In this document: positions 27,871 through 45,210 of the stretch, one piece after another
Position numbering within the stretch: the first letter of the stretch is position 1
How the letters are laid out: the number at the start of each line of letters is the position of its first letter
Position numbers and translations under genes: made by a program
The notes under the pieces: generated by a model
The model's input: only the letters and a program-made list of their open reading frames with translations
Database searches by the model: none
What the model was told of the DNA's origin: nothing
Assembly (NCBI RefSeq): GCF_009914755.1
Contig: NC_060937.1
From: the human T2T-CHM13v2.0 reference genome, Homo sapiens
DNA: 64,000 nucleotides
Direction: 5' to 3' (one strand)

Positions 27871-28554
27871 CTAGCTTTGTAATTTTTAAAGTTTTTATTT
27901 CTAAATTTTATCTATTTAGAATGTACATTTTCAGGAAAAGAAGCTAATCAAAGCAAGAAATTATGCAGCTAACTAGTCTGGAATATAATGTTTACTTAAA
28001 TTTATATAATTAAACAAACTCACTTAAAATTTATACCTGACTTACCATAGTGGAATGTGATAGCAATACAACTATTTGGAACACATAGTTGAATCATTTA
28101 CTCAATTACACAAATAATTTTAAGTATATTTATTTACATAAAATAAAAATAATCAGAAAAACAATTTTGAAAATAAAAAACATATTGCATTATAGTTTAA
28201 TTTTCCATTTATATTCTAATTTTAGTATTTTGCATTTAGCATTATATTTTAATTAAAGCCTAGATCAGCAAAATCAATTTATTTCATAAGTGAAATGAGA
28301 CTAGCTCAAATTTATTGAGATGGACAGAATAAAGAAAAAGAAATGTATGCTAAAGAAATAATATGTTTTGAGTAAATATATGATATCCTAGAAATTATGA
28401 CAAGAGTATACAAATCAAAGTTCTTAAGGTATTGGCATCTATTTTTAAAAACAACAACTTTTACAATTGTGTTCAAATTAATCTTAATTATTTTGATAGG
28501 AAGTTTTATAAGCACATAATTATTATCACAGTATATTTATCATTAGGATTTGGT

Positions 28555-28760
28555 ATTAATTGTCATTTACTGAGTGTTTACTATGTGCCATGTACTAAGT
28601 TAAGTGTTTTACATATTATTTACTTTCACTTCTTACAACATTCAATTAAATTAGGCTTTATTTGTGATCCAGTTTTCAAAACAGAAAATTGAGGATTCTA
28701 GTAGGATCACATAAATCACAAGTGGCACACTGAATTCAATATTAAACCCCAAGCTACTGG
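28555..28760 (-). mobile_element. MIR SINE
   Basis: catttactgagtgtttactatgtgcca...acagaaaattgagg. Confidence 0.65.
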
Positions 28761-29122
28761 AAATATTATCTTTTAAATAATATTTAATGATACTATTCTA
28801 TGATTTAAAAAAGTTTCAGCAACTATAGAATGATTTCTAAATTTAAGAGAAACCAAATAATTATATGAATATAAATATAAATACAAAGTTCTTTTTTCAA
28901 GTGCTTAATATAGTAAACCACATAAAATTAAGTCAAGGAGACAGACTTGTGTTTAGAATAACTCCTTTGTGCTTAAGTGAGCAAAGTATCAAATATATGT
29001 TATTGCATCCATTTTAATTATTTCTCAGTATGTAAATAGAAAGTGACTGTAGAAAATTCAAGCCCATTTTATTTATTAAGGCTAAAGAAGAGTAACTGAC
29101 AACAATACATTTGTTTCTGACG

Positions 29123-29755
29123 TGTTGGAGCTTAGAACACAGTACTTCAAAATGAAGGCTTCAGCAGTAACCTCAGAAACAAAAGTTTTTCTCTGACTTT
29201 TTCCTGCCCTCCTGTCCTGAGTCCCATTTTCCTCCAAAGCTAGCTGAGGAAACTAGAATCCCTTTTCTTCAAGGCAGGTAATGAAAACCAGAATCCCTTT
29301 TCCTCAAAGCCAGCCATAAAACCTAAAAATATTACTCTGTTTCTTCAATCTTATCGGTATAAGAACTGGCCACAAAAAAATTTATCTGACCTACCTTGTT
29401 TGTAGGTCGTAAGAACACCATTCCAGAGAGGGTCCTGCCCTATGCCCAGAAGGAAGGAAGGCATGCTCACAGAGGCCAAGAAGAATCTAGACAGACAGGT
29501 CTTCCTGGGTGCACACTCAGTCTGCTAATATAAGATTATATTCTATTGGTCCACTTATATTGCTACATGTCTGTCCGTACTTTGTTGAATTTAAGCATAA
29601 AAAATGAACACATTTCCCTGTATCTTTGGGTCTTCTAAAGGCTCCCATGTGTACATGCTAAATAAATTTGTATCCTTTTTCTCTTATAATCAATCTGCCT
29701 CATGTCAGTGATTTTTCAGTGAACCTTTGGGAGACCAAGGGCCTCGGCCCCCACA
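29123..29755 (+). mobile_element. ERV1 solo LTR (LTR49/MER39 group)
   Basis: tgttggagcttagaa...aaagccagccataaaacctaaaaatattactc...aataaatttgtat...ggcccccaca. Confidence 0.75.
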
Positions 29756-30710
29756 TAAGTTTCAAATTTTATGATTATATTTCAGATGTATTTTTGATAA
29801 TATAGCAAGGTATAACTCTTAAAATACACTTTGATCCATAAGTTGAAAAAAATCAACAAAAATTCTTTTAAAACCTGGAAAATATGAAAATCAACTTAAA
29901 TTAGCATGTTTACCTTTCACAAGAAAGGCAGGTGTTTTTATTTTCTTGCACTGTATTTTTCTCTTCTCATCTTATTTGCAGCTTCAGTAAGGTAATGAAA
30001 AAAATAAATATATAAAGTTGTAGTTAATTCATAAGAATTAAACTCTTTTGTACTATATATATTACATCATGTTATATTAAGACTACAATCTTTTCAGAGT
30101 TTATAGTAAATTATTTTCTGTATGTGACCTATAGGTTATAATGCAATAATGCACACTAAGAAGTTTATATTCAATGTGCATGGTGTTATTGTGAGTACAG
30201 AAATCTCATCTATCTTATTCTCACTATATGCTCAGAATCTAAGAAAACTATCATATAAAATGTACATAATAAATATGCATTGTGTTAATATATCTTGTAT
30301 TCAAAAGTAAATTTTTAACTGCAAGCATCAATGTATGCCATCTTTGAAAATAATGAGAAAAACATTTTGTGAAAAACAATCATATTTCAGCAAGATTTTA
30401 ATAACAGTTGGATAAAAATTATATATATCAAATGAAAGGTAAAATGTAACTATTCTTATATCAATTAAATATTATACATTAATGAATGTGCCTTTTGCTG
30501 ATGGTGTTAAGTGTGAGGTTAATAAAAGCTTACTCTCTGTTATTTATAATGTGATTAAAACAGACCCCATTTTATAAACTTGTATTTACGGGTACAATAA
30601 CTAAGTCAGATTTGGGATAAGTAACTTTAACCAGATTACATCACTATTATATGATGAAGTAGCATTTTATGTGGGTCATCTGCCCTCCAAAACCTAAACT
30701 CACCATGGAT

Positions 30711-30854
30711 AGACAGGGTCTCACTCTGTCACCCAGGTTGGAGTGCAGTGTCACGATCATGGTTCAGGTAGTCTTGACTTCCTGGACTCAAGTGATCTTC
30801 CTACTTAAGCCTCCCAAAGTTCTGGAATTACAGGCATGTGTCACCCACCTGGCC
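30711..30854 (-). mobile_element. Alu monomer (FRAM/FLAM-like), no tail
   Basis: agacagggtctcactctgtcacccagg...cctcccaaagttctggaattacaggcatg...ctggcc. Confidence 0.85.
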
Positions 30855-31268
30855 AAGCATTAGTTCTTACTACTTACCGTATTATTTGTTAGACTCTCTG
30901 ACATTATTGACTGATAAAGGTAGATAAAGATAAACTTTATGGAAGAAATGGTTCTGACAGACTCGCAGTCACTAAATTCCTTAGTAACTTGACTAACAAA
31001 AGAGAATACTTTTAGTTATCAGTCACTGTATTCATGCAGTTAAAACTGTTTAAGCAGGAATAAAAATTGTGTCACGCCACTCATACGACACTTGGTTTCA
31101 TCATCAAAATAATACATAAGATTTAGTGAAATTGTGAATCTTTGTATAACTGACACAGTTCAGAATTTAATAAATTATAATCATTGGCATATTTGACAAA
31201 TATAATTTCAGAGGTCAGAGTAGTCCATACTTACTGGCCAAATTGGGTGTGTGTGTGTGTATGTGTTT

Positions 31269-31582
31269 TTTTGTTTTTGTTTTGTTTTGTTTTGTTTTTT
31301 GAGATGGAGTCTTGCTCTGTCGCTGAGGCTGTAGTGCAGCAGCGCCATCTCTGCTCACTGTAAGCTCCACCTCCCGGGTTCAAGATAGTCTCCTGCCTCA
31401 GCCTCCCGAGTAGCTGGGATTACAGATGCCCACAACCACATCTGGATAATTTTTTTGTATTTTTAGTAGAGACGGGGTTTCACCATGTTAACCAGGATGG
31501 TCTTGATCTCCTGACCTTGTGATCCGCCAGCCTTGGCCTCCCAAAGTTCTGGGATTACAGGTGTGAGCCACCGTGCCCAGCC
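31269..31582 (-). mobile_element. Alu (AluSc8/old AluY-like)
   Basis: Full dimer with a (TTTTG)n tail; 13-bp TSD tgtgtatgtgttt. Confidence 0.93.
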
Positions 31583-33465
31583 TGTGTATGTGTTTAATTA
31601 AAGAACATTTATCATGAGGGCAAAGAAGAATACCTTACAGTATATATCTTATCAGATATTTATAAAATGAATAATACAAGCTATACTAATGTGTTACATG
31701 ACAACTAGGAAGAGTTTAAGACTCGCTTGGCCCATTTCTCTTGACATTAAATTGAATAAATTAAGCAGTAAAGGTTTTGTATAAAAATGGTTAGTAATTG
31801 CTGCAGACAGACTTCCCCATGAGAAGCCTGTTAGGGTGATTCATTATTTATATACTTAAAAAGTAGGACAATGAAGTCTGATTTCTGTCCCTTAGGCACT
31901 CACTTTCTACTGAATAAACAACAGAGAACAATTGGTTTATAACAAAATCCTGGCATAAATGTAGTGTCTCCTGATAATATGCTAAGAGCTTTATGTAGGC
32001 CAAAAATTACTTATTTTGTAAGGTAAAATTATAAATTTTATTCCTATCCAATTTCTAACATGTTATTAGAGAAACAATTTAAGAATGTAAGGTCTAGGAA
32101 TATTCTTGTGAAATAAAAAATTAAAGAGCTGGAGAATGAGGAAACATTGGAATTAATAATTAGGTGTCTAAGCAAAACAGCCTGTCTTTTTTTGGAGCAA
32201 TTGTATTATTGTTTCAACTGTTAAGATATGCAGTATTATGACTTTTAAAAAAGACATTTAAGATAAAAACAGCCTGGAATCTTTATGCAAACAAATTGAT
32301 TTTACTTTTTCAAGAGTTCTCACTAGGAATGAAATGGGTATTTGAGATTTGGATAGGATATGATCCTTAAAATAAGCATGTATAGTAATAGGCAAAGCAG
32401 ATGAATCCTAAGAGGTGAAAGAAATGACATTAAATTCAACAAATATTCCAATTACGTTCTAATAACATTATGTTTGAGGTGATTGAAGTTTTTAATTTAT
32501 TATATTTTTTGCCACCTGTCTCCCAATACGTAATACTGTATTTACCAGGGCAAAAGCATTCTAGGAAATTTTAAAATGCATATATGCATAAGTCAAAAGT
32601 AGGATAGAGAGCAGAGTATGCAGGGCAATGTTCAGTACTCTGGCTTTAGGTACACACAACGAGAGAAAAGCTCCTACCAGGAAACCAATGGAAATCATTA
32701 CCAAGGGGCTTTCAATAACCCATTGACATTTAGAAAAGCAAAATCTGAGGTAATAATTCACTTTCTCTCAGGCACTGGATCTATCCATAGGCAATATGTG
32801 CTCCAAGGGGGTCTGTGAGTAGCCCCTTTTCATTTCCATATGCATTACAGTCACAAAAGAAAGAGTAATTAACAAAGGTATATCGTGTTAGTATATATCT
32901 ATGATAAGAGAGATTTGAAAATATTGCATAATGTACTGAATGATGATATAGATATAGTTCTGTCTGAAATGTCTTAAATTTTTGAATGCCATATTATGAA
33001 ATTATAAATTTATAAAGGAGGAAATAATAATGATGTAATCTATCACAATTTACAGAATGCTTTTTCAAATATTAGTTCTACAATTTTCTGTTTTTAATAG
33101 TGGTTAAAGACTAAAAACCATCACACAATTCTTCCCTTTCACTGTCCTATGTTTTCACTCCAATGAAATTAATTTAAAATAATATCCAGATCACATTAGG
33201 AAAAAACTAGTGGGATACAACATGAAATGTGGGTATGTTTGCATGTATTACTGCTGGTATTTCTTGCATAATGGTGAGGCATATGCTGTGCATGAAAATT
33301 GAATACTAGTATATTAAAATGATCTCTTTATTTTCTTTTGTCTTGCTCTTCCAACACCTTTTTCTTTGTTTCTTTTCCCCGTAAGTATTCAGGGAATAAT
33401 TTATTCCAGTTTCTAATAACTGAAATACTGCTTTATATCGTATTTTGTTAAAATTTAAATGTATT

Positions 33466-36012
<2,547 letters not shown>

Positions 36013-36402
36013 TCAGAAGCATATTTGCTGATTAGTATGAGCCTGCAAAGAATTTTCTAAGAAAAGAAATGGAAGAAACAAACATTTACCTATCACCTAC
36101 TATGTGACAAACACTATACTAGACAAAAAGGCCTTGAACTTAGAAAACACAAGTTCTAGATAAAGATTTGAAGATTAACAAATACAGTAGACAATATGAT
36201 GATTATTATCTGTTACTTGTTAATAAAATAGTTATTGTAATTATTATTGTATTACTGAAACATTCCATACTCCACATAAACCCTAACAATATTGCAAATA
36301 TAACTTCAAGCTTTATTATTTTAGTTTAATATATAAGAAGGGGAAAATTTACTTTTAAAAATTTATTCGGGGGACTTAATGAAATATGAACATTTGGGTC
36401 CA

Positions 36403-36606
36403 GAGTTTACTTCCTTCTGATTTCCTTACTAGCATTCATACGTTCTTCTGAATCAAATTGAAAAATATTGTAAGTGATTCCTCCTCTTGATCATGTTCTT
36501 TACATAATCCCAAACTCTGCTGAAACAAAATCTCTGCTGAAACAATTGCTAGCTCAGAATGGACTGTCCACACAAGATAAAGGTTATGAAGATAATGTTA
36601 TAAAAT
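36403..36606 (+). repeat. Copy A of a diverged ~200-bp direct duplication
   Basis: Collinear with 38124-38307. Confidence 0.85.
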
Positions 36607-37384
36607 TATGATATGTTTGTGATGTCACAGATTAATTAATACTAAATCCACTGCCTTTCTTCTACACATTTCCGAGAAGACAACAACATTGAAACAGGCT
36701 AGATCCATGGCACATCAACATGAAAAGTTTACAATATTTTCAAAAAGCTTCCATGAAAATATATTTTTGTTTTAATATAGGAAATGGATACAATATATGC
36801 ATAAAACATGTTATTAGTTGATTTTATTCAAGATTAATTGATTGTAAAATGTGTTTAGTAATACAGTATTGCTATTGATATAAAATAAATTTTTAAAATT
36901 CCATTTTAACTTGTTTTTTTGAATAAGTTTTTCAAAATAGTGTTCCTAGTGTCACCCCTTCTCTAAAATATCATCACTTATCAAAATAGTACACATAAGG
37001 AAGTTATAATTCAGCCAAAAATATCATTTGAAGTCATCTTAAAATTCAGTGCAATGTAATAAATGCCTATTCAAATAAGAGTAGGTGCTAAATAAACATT
37101 CAATGTGCACGATTCTTAAAAAAAGTCATCTTCTGGCAAAATTGGCATATTTGTAGTTCATATTGTATGCTGAAAAGCAGTTTATACATCCATACATAAA
37201 ATTTATTGCTTAGCTTAAAAGTTACCTCTTTAGGAGAGATTCTCAATCAATGTCCAATTTTTCTGTAATATATTCTCTTAGCACTTTATTTTTTCTTTAT
37301 CAGCATTTGTCACAAATTTTAATTATAGCATAATTAACTTCCTATGTCTCTCCTTTAGAGTGTCTGCTTCATAAGTGTAGGAAC

Positions 37385-37919
37385 TATGGTAGTTAATTTT
37401 TTGTGTCAATTTGACTGAGCTAAGGGATGCTCAGATAGCTGATAAGACATTCTTTCTGGATCTACCTATGAGGGTGTTTTCAGAAGACATTAGCCTTTGA
37501 ATTAGTGGACTGAGTAAAAAGCTATGCCCTCACCAAGGTGAGTGGGCTTCATCCAATTCCTTCAGGGCCTGAATAGGACATAAAAGTAGAAAAGGGTGAA
37601 TTTTGAGCTCAGACATTAATCTTCAGCTGAGACATTTGTCTTGTCCTGCTTTGGACATCAGAGCTGGTTCTCTACCTCACTCTCCCCAGCCTCGCTATTC
37701 TCAAGCCTTTGGCTTCAGACTGAGGGTTACACCATTGACTTCCCAGGTTCTCAGGTCTTTGGACTCATTGAATTACATCACCTGCTTTCCTGATACTCTG
37801 GCTTGCAATTGGTAGAATTTCTAAGTCTCCATAATCCAATGAGGCATTTTTAATAATAAATATCTCTATAGATAGACTATAGATAGGTAGATAGATAGAT
37901 AGATAGATAGTAGATAGAT

Positions 37920-37951
<32 letters not shown>

Positions 37952-37992
37952 CAGATTCTATTGTTTCTGTTTTTCTAGAGAACTCTAATACA
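37385..37992 (+). mobile_element. MLT2B-like ERVL solo LTR inserted in an L2 3' end
   Basis: gttaattttttgtgtcaatttgactgagctaagggatgc...tctagagaactctaataca; gaac is repeated on both sides. Confidence 0.85.
37867..37950. repeat. Interrupted (GATA)n tetranucleotide STR
   Basis: Read directly; lies at the usual variable position in MLT2. Confidence 0.95.
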
Positions 37993-38123
37993 GAACCTGT
38001 GTCTGCCTAAAATTAAAGTTATTTGTTCAATCTATAAATCATTAATAGAAGTAGTTTAATGTAGTCAAAAGATTTCTACAACTTAAAATAATGTTACTAT
38101 CTAAAAGCTGCATGATTTATTTT

Positions 38124-38307
38124 GAATTTACTTCCTTGCAATTTCCTTACTAACATGTATATGTTCTTCTAAGTCAAACTAAAAAATATAAGAGATTCCT
38201 CATCTTGATTTTGTACTCATTACAATCCCAATCTCTGCTGAAATGACCATTAGCCCAGACTGCATTCTCCACACATGATGTGAGTTATGAAGATGTTATA
38301 ATAAAAT
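38124..38307 (+). repeat. Copy B of a diverged ~200-bp direct duplication
   Basis: Collinear with 36403-36606. Confidence 0.85.
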
Positions 38308-39274
38308 GTCTAACAATTTATAAATCTCATATTAAAATTTTCTCTCTGCCAATGTTTTCACAACACTTACCATTCTATAGTGCAAGACACTTTATAATAG
38401 CCAAGAGTTAGCCTAGCAAACATGGCGCTAATTTTTCCTCTTCCTAATGTTTCATATGCAGTTCCAAGGTGAAAGATTCTAAAGATAAAAAAAATCATTC
38501 TGTGAACAATGTAGCTTAGACCAAACATGACTGCTTCTGGGGTATCAATTTCAATCTTTTATTGATCCTTGGAAAACATGGAAAAAAGTTTTAGTTGACT
38601 CTCAAAGCACCATTTAATATAATAAACTGTATTGATGTATAATTTAATTATAATAAAATGCATCTATTTTAAGTATATATTCTATGGATTTTTTTACAAA
38701 TTTATACATTCTTGTACATTCTCACATATTCATCATCACAATCAAGATATAAAAACCATCACTCCAAAATCTTCCATCGTGTCCTTTCCCAGTCAATAAC
38801 TCATGGTGCTGAGACTGTTTAATTTCATAAGAACCTGCCAAATTATGAAAGAGGTCAACAGAAAGAAGAAAAAATATGTAGGGTTTATAAGTCTAAAATC
38901 ACATTCAAGTCGGTAAAAGACTGCCTTATCTCCCATAATCTTTGGAAAGTTTCAACAGATAAAAAGAAAATTTAAAATTATATTTAATTAAATTAACAGT
39001 CTTCTTACATCTCTTATGGCCTACAATTCTTCCCTCAGCTGTACCGAACCTATACTTTTTCTCCTTAGAAAGTCAGACTGTGAGTGACTGACAACAGCCA
39101 TATTACATGAAATATTTTCACCTACATAACACTCAGTACTTTCCATTTCACCATCAGGAACTACAGACTGCCTATCCTCACCAACCAACCAATGTACCCC
39201 TAAATAAATTAAAACTGGGTAATTTTGTATCCTAGCACAGACAACAGGAGAGGTCTGAGCCTTTCAATATCAGG

Positions 39275-39598
39275 ACCTTTGTCTGTCTGGGCTGCTGTTA
39301 CAAAAGACTATAAACTAGGTAATTTGTAAACAATAGAATATATTTCTTACACTTCCTGAGGAAGGGAAGTTCAAGGTCTAAGTGCCAGGAGATAAAGTAT
39401 CTAGTGAGTGCCTGTTCCTCATACAATGTGTGCTCTTATTGCATCCTCACACGGCAGAAGGGGTAAACAAACTCCCTTGGTTCTCCTTTATGAGGGCACT
39501 AATTCTATTCACAAGGGCTCCACCTTCATGATCCAATAACCTCCTAAAGGCCCACGGCTGATAATATGACCGCTATGAGGATTAGGTTTCAACATACA
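39275..39598 (-). mobile_element. MLT1A-like MaLR LTR, truncated
   Basis: gggctgctgttacaaaa...gggaagttcaagg...gagggcactaat...ggattaggtttcaacata. Confidence 0.8.
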
Positions 39599-39871
39599 GC
39601 AATCACCAAAAACGAACTTATCAAGTATTATTGATGTTCCTATCAAGAGTAAAATAAAAAGGAATTGATCTTTGGATATGTCCTACTCAACAAAACAGCC
39701 ATATTCAAATGATAAGATTGAGAAGTTAAACCTATTAAATATATTAAACGAAGGTTTATCAGAAAATCTCCATAAATAGACATCCCCAGAAGCTGTTTTA
39801 CTGATGCAAGAATAGTGAAAGAAACAAGATTTTTCTAGATGTCTAAAAACTGTCATATTCTCACTTGCATA

Positions 39872-40290
<419 letters not shown>

Positions 40291-40399
40291 TGATAATAAC
40301 ATGCCTAGATTTGTGATTTATTGAAACTTTAACCATTCAATGTTTATAATTTTGCTTTTAAAGTTATTTAAACTTTAAAATTGTTTTATTCTATTGCTA

Positions 40400-41070
40400 A
40401 TAAGACCATCAATGGTATTTGATAGAAACTATTAATTCTGTAGATCACTTTGGAGAGTATGAGCATTTTAATAATTTATTGCTTTTAAAGTTAATATAGT
40501 CTATGGGTTTGGACAAATGTATAACAGTTTAGACTATAATGTATCCACTATTGTAGTAACTTGCAAAATAGTTTTCCTGCCCTAAACACCTTTGTGCTTT
40601 GTCTATTCATCTCTCTCTCTCTGTGAAGCCCCGGAAATTACTGATCTTTTCACTGTATCTATAGTTTTGCCTTTCCAGAGACAAACAATATCATATAGCT
40701 GGAATTGTACAGTATATAGTCTTTCCAGAGTTTTACTTACACTTAGTAATATGCATTTAAGTTTCCTATGTGTCATTTCACGGTTTGACTGCTTACTGCT
40801 TTTTATCACTGAATAATATTTCATTATCTGGATGGATCCTATTTATTCACCTACTCCAGGTCACAATGGTTGCTTCCAAGTTTTGGCAATTATGAATAAG
40901 CCTTCTGTAAACACCTATATGCAGGTTTTTGTGGACCTAAGTTTTAAACTCCTTTGAATAAATACCAAGGAGTGTGGTTGCTCGATCACATGGAAAGAGT
41001 ATGTTTAGTTTTGTAAGAAACCACCAAACTGTTTGTCAAAGTAGCTGTCCCATTTTGTATTTGGTTGTTT
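40400..41070 (-). mobile_element. L1MC-type 3' end fragment
   Basis: ctatgggtttggacaaatgtataa...ggttgcttccaagttttggcaattatgaataa...gtttagttttgtaagaaac. Confidence 0.8.
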
Positions 41071-41551
41071 TAATTCTTGCCCATTCATCTATATTAGGAC
41101 ATGAACAGAGGTGACCTAGAATTATTTCTTAACCATATACAAATATAATATTTATAAGTGTAATGTTTCATAGCAATACAATAGAAATGCACCAGCTGCA
41201 TTTGTAGTGACCTAGAACCTTAGACGAAAAAGATGTCATGGTCAGAACTATTCTAGCTGGTATGAGCTTCATATGTAAATCTCTCCTCAATCCTCATTTC
41301 TTACACGCAACCAGCTCAAATATCTCATACATAAGAGCTTTGCTTAATGCATTTGCCTCTTAACTCTAATGAATTACCTCTAATACAAATTTAATCTTTA
41401 TTTACAGTTTCTTTGTCAATTCAGACACACTTTCTAAACAAGTATTAGAATTGGCAAAGTAGCAACTTTGTTAAATTTTTATCTTGCAAATATCATGTGT
41501 ACTCAACATAATTATTTAAATTTTCTAAGGTTATCACTGTAAACAATTATA

Positions 41552-41806
<255 letters not shown>

Positions 41807-42068
41807 TAATAATGTAGCTGAATCTATTACAAGTAGGAACTATTGGTCAAAGAGTATGAGGAAGATACTTCAAAGCAGACTCTGTAAAGAGAAGGGATCA
41901 GGGTAAAGAATATCCCTTCCTTTTAGGGTTGTGGAAAACAGAAGTGGCAAAAAAAAGTGTGGAACTTGAGTTAGAAAAGATAAGTAATTAAAATAAAATA
42001 AATAAAATAAACAGTAAAATTTTAATTTTATAAATTTATTTATAAACTGATTTTTTTCAGACATTTGA

Positions 42069-42435
<367 letters not shown>

Positions 42436-43179
42436 CTAAAGCTATTTTTTAAAACAACAATGTCCAAATATCAGTGGACACATAGATGGTAATAAGTGTA
42501 TTACTCTCCCCCCCTCTAGCCCAAACCACACACACACACACACACATACACACACTCTACATATGCAGCTTCTTATGTTTATCTTGTTTCTATCTTGAAA
42601 TAATCTGTTTATTTAAAGAAGAAAATCAAGAAGTGGTAGTTTTAGAAAATGTCAATTTAAAATTATTAATCTTAATTTAGACACTGGCTTTATTAACAGT
42701 TGACCATCTTTTCTCTAAATCTCTGCATGATTTAACAATATTCTTCAACATTCAGTGGTTTTCATTGAGAAGGGTCTGACAAGGGCATTAAGATTGTTCT
42801 TAGATTACAGAGATATTCTTCCCATCAAGCCATATTCCCTGGCTCATTGCTGCTTCATCCTGAAGAAAGAAGCTCCCTTTTATCCAGTTTGCACAAAAAT
42901 GCCTGTATGTGCTAGTAGCAAACTCATTTGTTAATAAATCGATTTTGTATAAAATGGAATTTATTTATGAAAAAAGCAGTGTAAGTTAGAGCTCTGTTTC
43001 AGCCTCCTCATATATACCACTTAGTGTTTAATTTCACCTGTGACATTTAAATGTTACCTGAATAGTACTGAGCCAGACAGTGTTCAGGGAACAACTGGAT
43101 ACAGGGATGGATAAATAGGTTAAAAACTGCAGTCTTTCTGGGGTTCACATTATCACTTAGAGGGAAAGTAAAACATATT

Positions 43180-43420
43180 TTTTTAGTGTTTACCTTGTGC
43201 CAAACACTCTTCTAAGTATGTCATGTATGTTACATAATATAATCTCACTGTATTCCTATGATTACACTGGTACTCCATTGTTCACATTTTTCAGGCAGAA
43301 AGCTGAAGCATAGAGAGATCAAAGACCTTGTTAAGAACCATGAAAAGAGTAAGTGCCAATGCCAGAACTAGAACCCAAGAATTCTGGTGAAGTGTATCTT
43401 CTAACCCTATATTCTACACT
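43180..43420 (-). mobile_element. MIR SINE
   Basis: gtgtttaccttgtgccaaacac...gaaagctgaagcatagagag...ccagaactagaaccca. Confidence 0.7.
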
Positions 43421-43425
43421 GCCTC

Positions 43426-45001
43426 TGATGCCAGTGGTGGCCTGCCTGGAGTGGCCACTGCCTTGATGCCAGCTGCAGTGGGGGAAGTGTGGCTGGGGCA
43501 CGTGCTTCCCAGAGCTGGCAGGAACCAGAAACAGGCAGAAGCCTTGCCCCCTTCCGAGTTGGCAGGGTGGGAGCCTCACACTCCCTGGGTGCAACTGTGT
43601 CTGCCCAAGCTGCAGCTATGGACCCAGCCATCTCTGAACTCTCGGGGGCCTAGGAAGGTCCCCCTACCCCTGCAAGCTCAGAAGTACCTGCTCCCACTGC
43701 CTGACCTCTCCCCATTCCCAGCACTGCTCAGCAGGCTTAAAAGTGTCTGCTACTGCTGCCTGGCCTTTCCCTGCTACTGGCACCTGCTCCAATCTTGGGG
43801 CAAAGTTGAGGCCAAGCCTGGGCACTGTCACAATCTAGCCAGCTGTGCACACCCTCAAGGCAGTCCGGATACACCAGTGCCCTGCCGTGTTGGACCCTTT
43901 TTGACATTGGGGGCTGATGAGCATGGGAGGAAGGCTGAGGGGCTACTGAGGGCAACTCAGCACTGGCCTGCAAGTGCCCCTTGGCACGAACAGCCTGCAT
44001 GCTATGAATGGTGGCAAGACGCAGACAGGCTTCTGTGGGGAAAGGTGAGGGTTACTGATGAAGTCCCACCTTCAAACCGAGGAAGGCCTGAAGCCTGGGG
44101 TCTAGGCCGCCAGTCCTGTGGACTGGAGTGGGGACTTACGGTGCTATATTGGGGCCTGCCAATGGCCACCCATATACCAATCAGCATGCCCTTCCTCCCT
44201 TCTGAAGCCCATAAAATCCCCGGACTCAGCGAGACGTGAGACAACCAGACGACCAGCTGCAGAGAGGAACTACTCACTCCAGGGTCTCCTCTCTGCTGAG
44301 AGCTAACACTCGCTGACATATGCTAGCTGCAGAAAGGAGCTACACACCCACTGCAGATCTCTGAGCTGTTCTATCACTCAATAAAGCTCCTTTTGGCCTT
44401 GGTCACCCTCCATTTGTCTGTGTACCTCCTTCTTCTCGGGCACGGGACAAGACGTTGGGACCCACTGAATGGCAGAGCTGAAAGAGCTGTAACATAAACA
44501 GGGCTGAAGCACACCCCTTGCTTGCCACAATGTAGGTGACAAGAAGGAGAGAAGAGTTGTAGCCCTTCCAGGAGCCTAGACCTAGGAGCCCCGAGCCAGG
44601 GCTGTGACATCCTTTTTGGGGCTCTGCAATTCTTGGCATCTTCAAGCTTCCAGGAATTACCACATTTCCCAGTGCCATCTGTGGGAGCTGCTTGCAGGAC
44701 ACCTGGTCCAGCCACAGCCTCACAGGGAGCCAGTGTCCAGTGCTGGTGCCTGGAGCTGCCCAACCCACCACACCCAGTGTGCCTGGCTGTGCATAGTGGC
44801 TACACCCCATGGTCACTTGCTTACATATCCCTCACCACTCTGCTCACCCTTGGCAGGCATGGGATCCAGATCAGTAGCACAAGCCGAGCACAGCCTGCCA
44901 GGCCAAGTGGGCCCAGCAGGCCCGAGCAAAACTCAGGCAAAGGCAACACTGGAGACAGAGGTTTCTGGCTGATGAAGTGACACCCCAAGGATCCTGTAAC
45001 A
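43426..45001 (+). mobile_element. MER52A-like ERV1 solo LTR (~1.58 kb, GC-rich)
   Basis: tgatgccagtggtggcc...caataaagctcc...ggatcctgtaaca; TSD CCTC at 43422-43425 and 45002-45005. Confidence 0.88.
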
Positions 45002-45076
45002 CCTCTACAGTATTATGTTATCTCTGATGAAGTGACACCCCAAGGATCCTGTAACACCTCTACAGTATTATGTTAT
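44969..45076. repeat. Perfect tandem duplication, 55-bp period
   Basis: 53 identical bases start at 44969 and 45024, separated by ct. Confidence 0.97.
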
Positions 45077-45079
45077 GTT

Positions 45080-45210
45080 TTATTTTACGTGTTAAAACTG
45101 AGGCACAATAAAATGAATTGACTTTGTTAAGGGGACCCCGTTAGTAGAGAAGTTAGTCAGTATTCAAACCTACGCTGTTTGTATCTAACACTCATATTTT
45201 AATCCTAATA
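45080..45210 (-). mobile_element. MIR fragment
   Basis: ttttacgtgttaaaactgaggcaca...attcaaaccta. Confidence 0.55.

Noticed and set aside
43451-44239. 262-aa ORF and overlapping ORFs at 43.3-45.0 kb
   Set aside because: Entirely inside the GC-rich MER52A LTR; frames are open on both strands with no recognisable domain.
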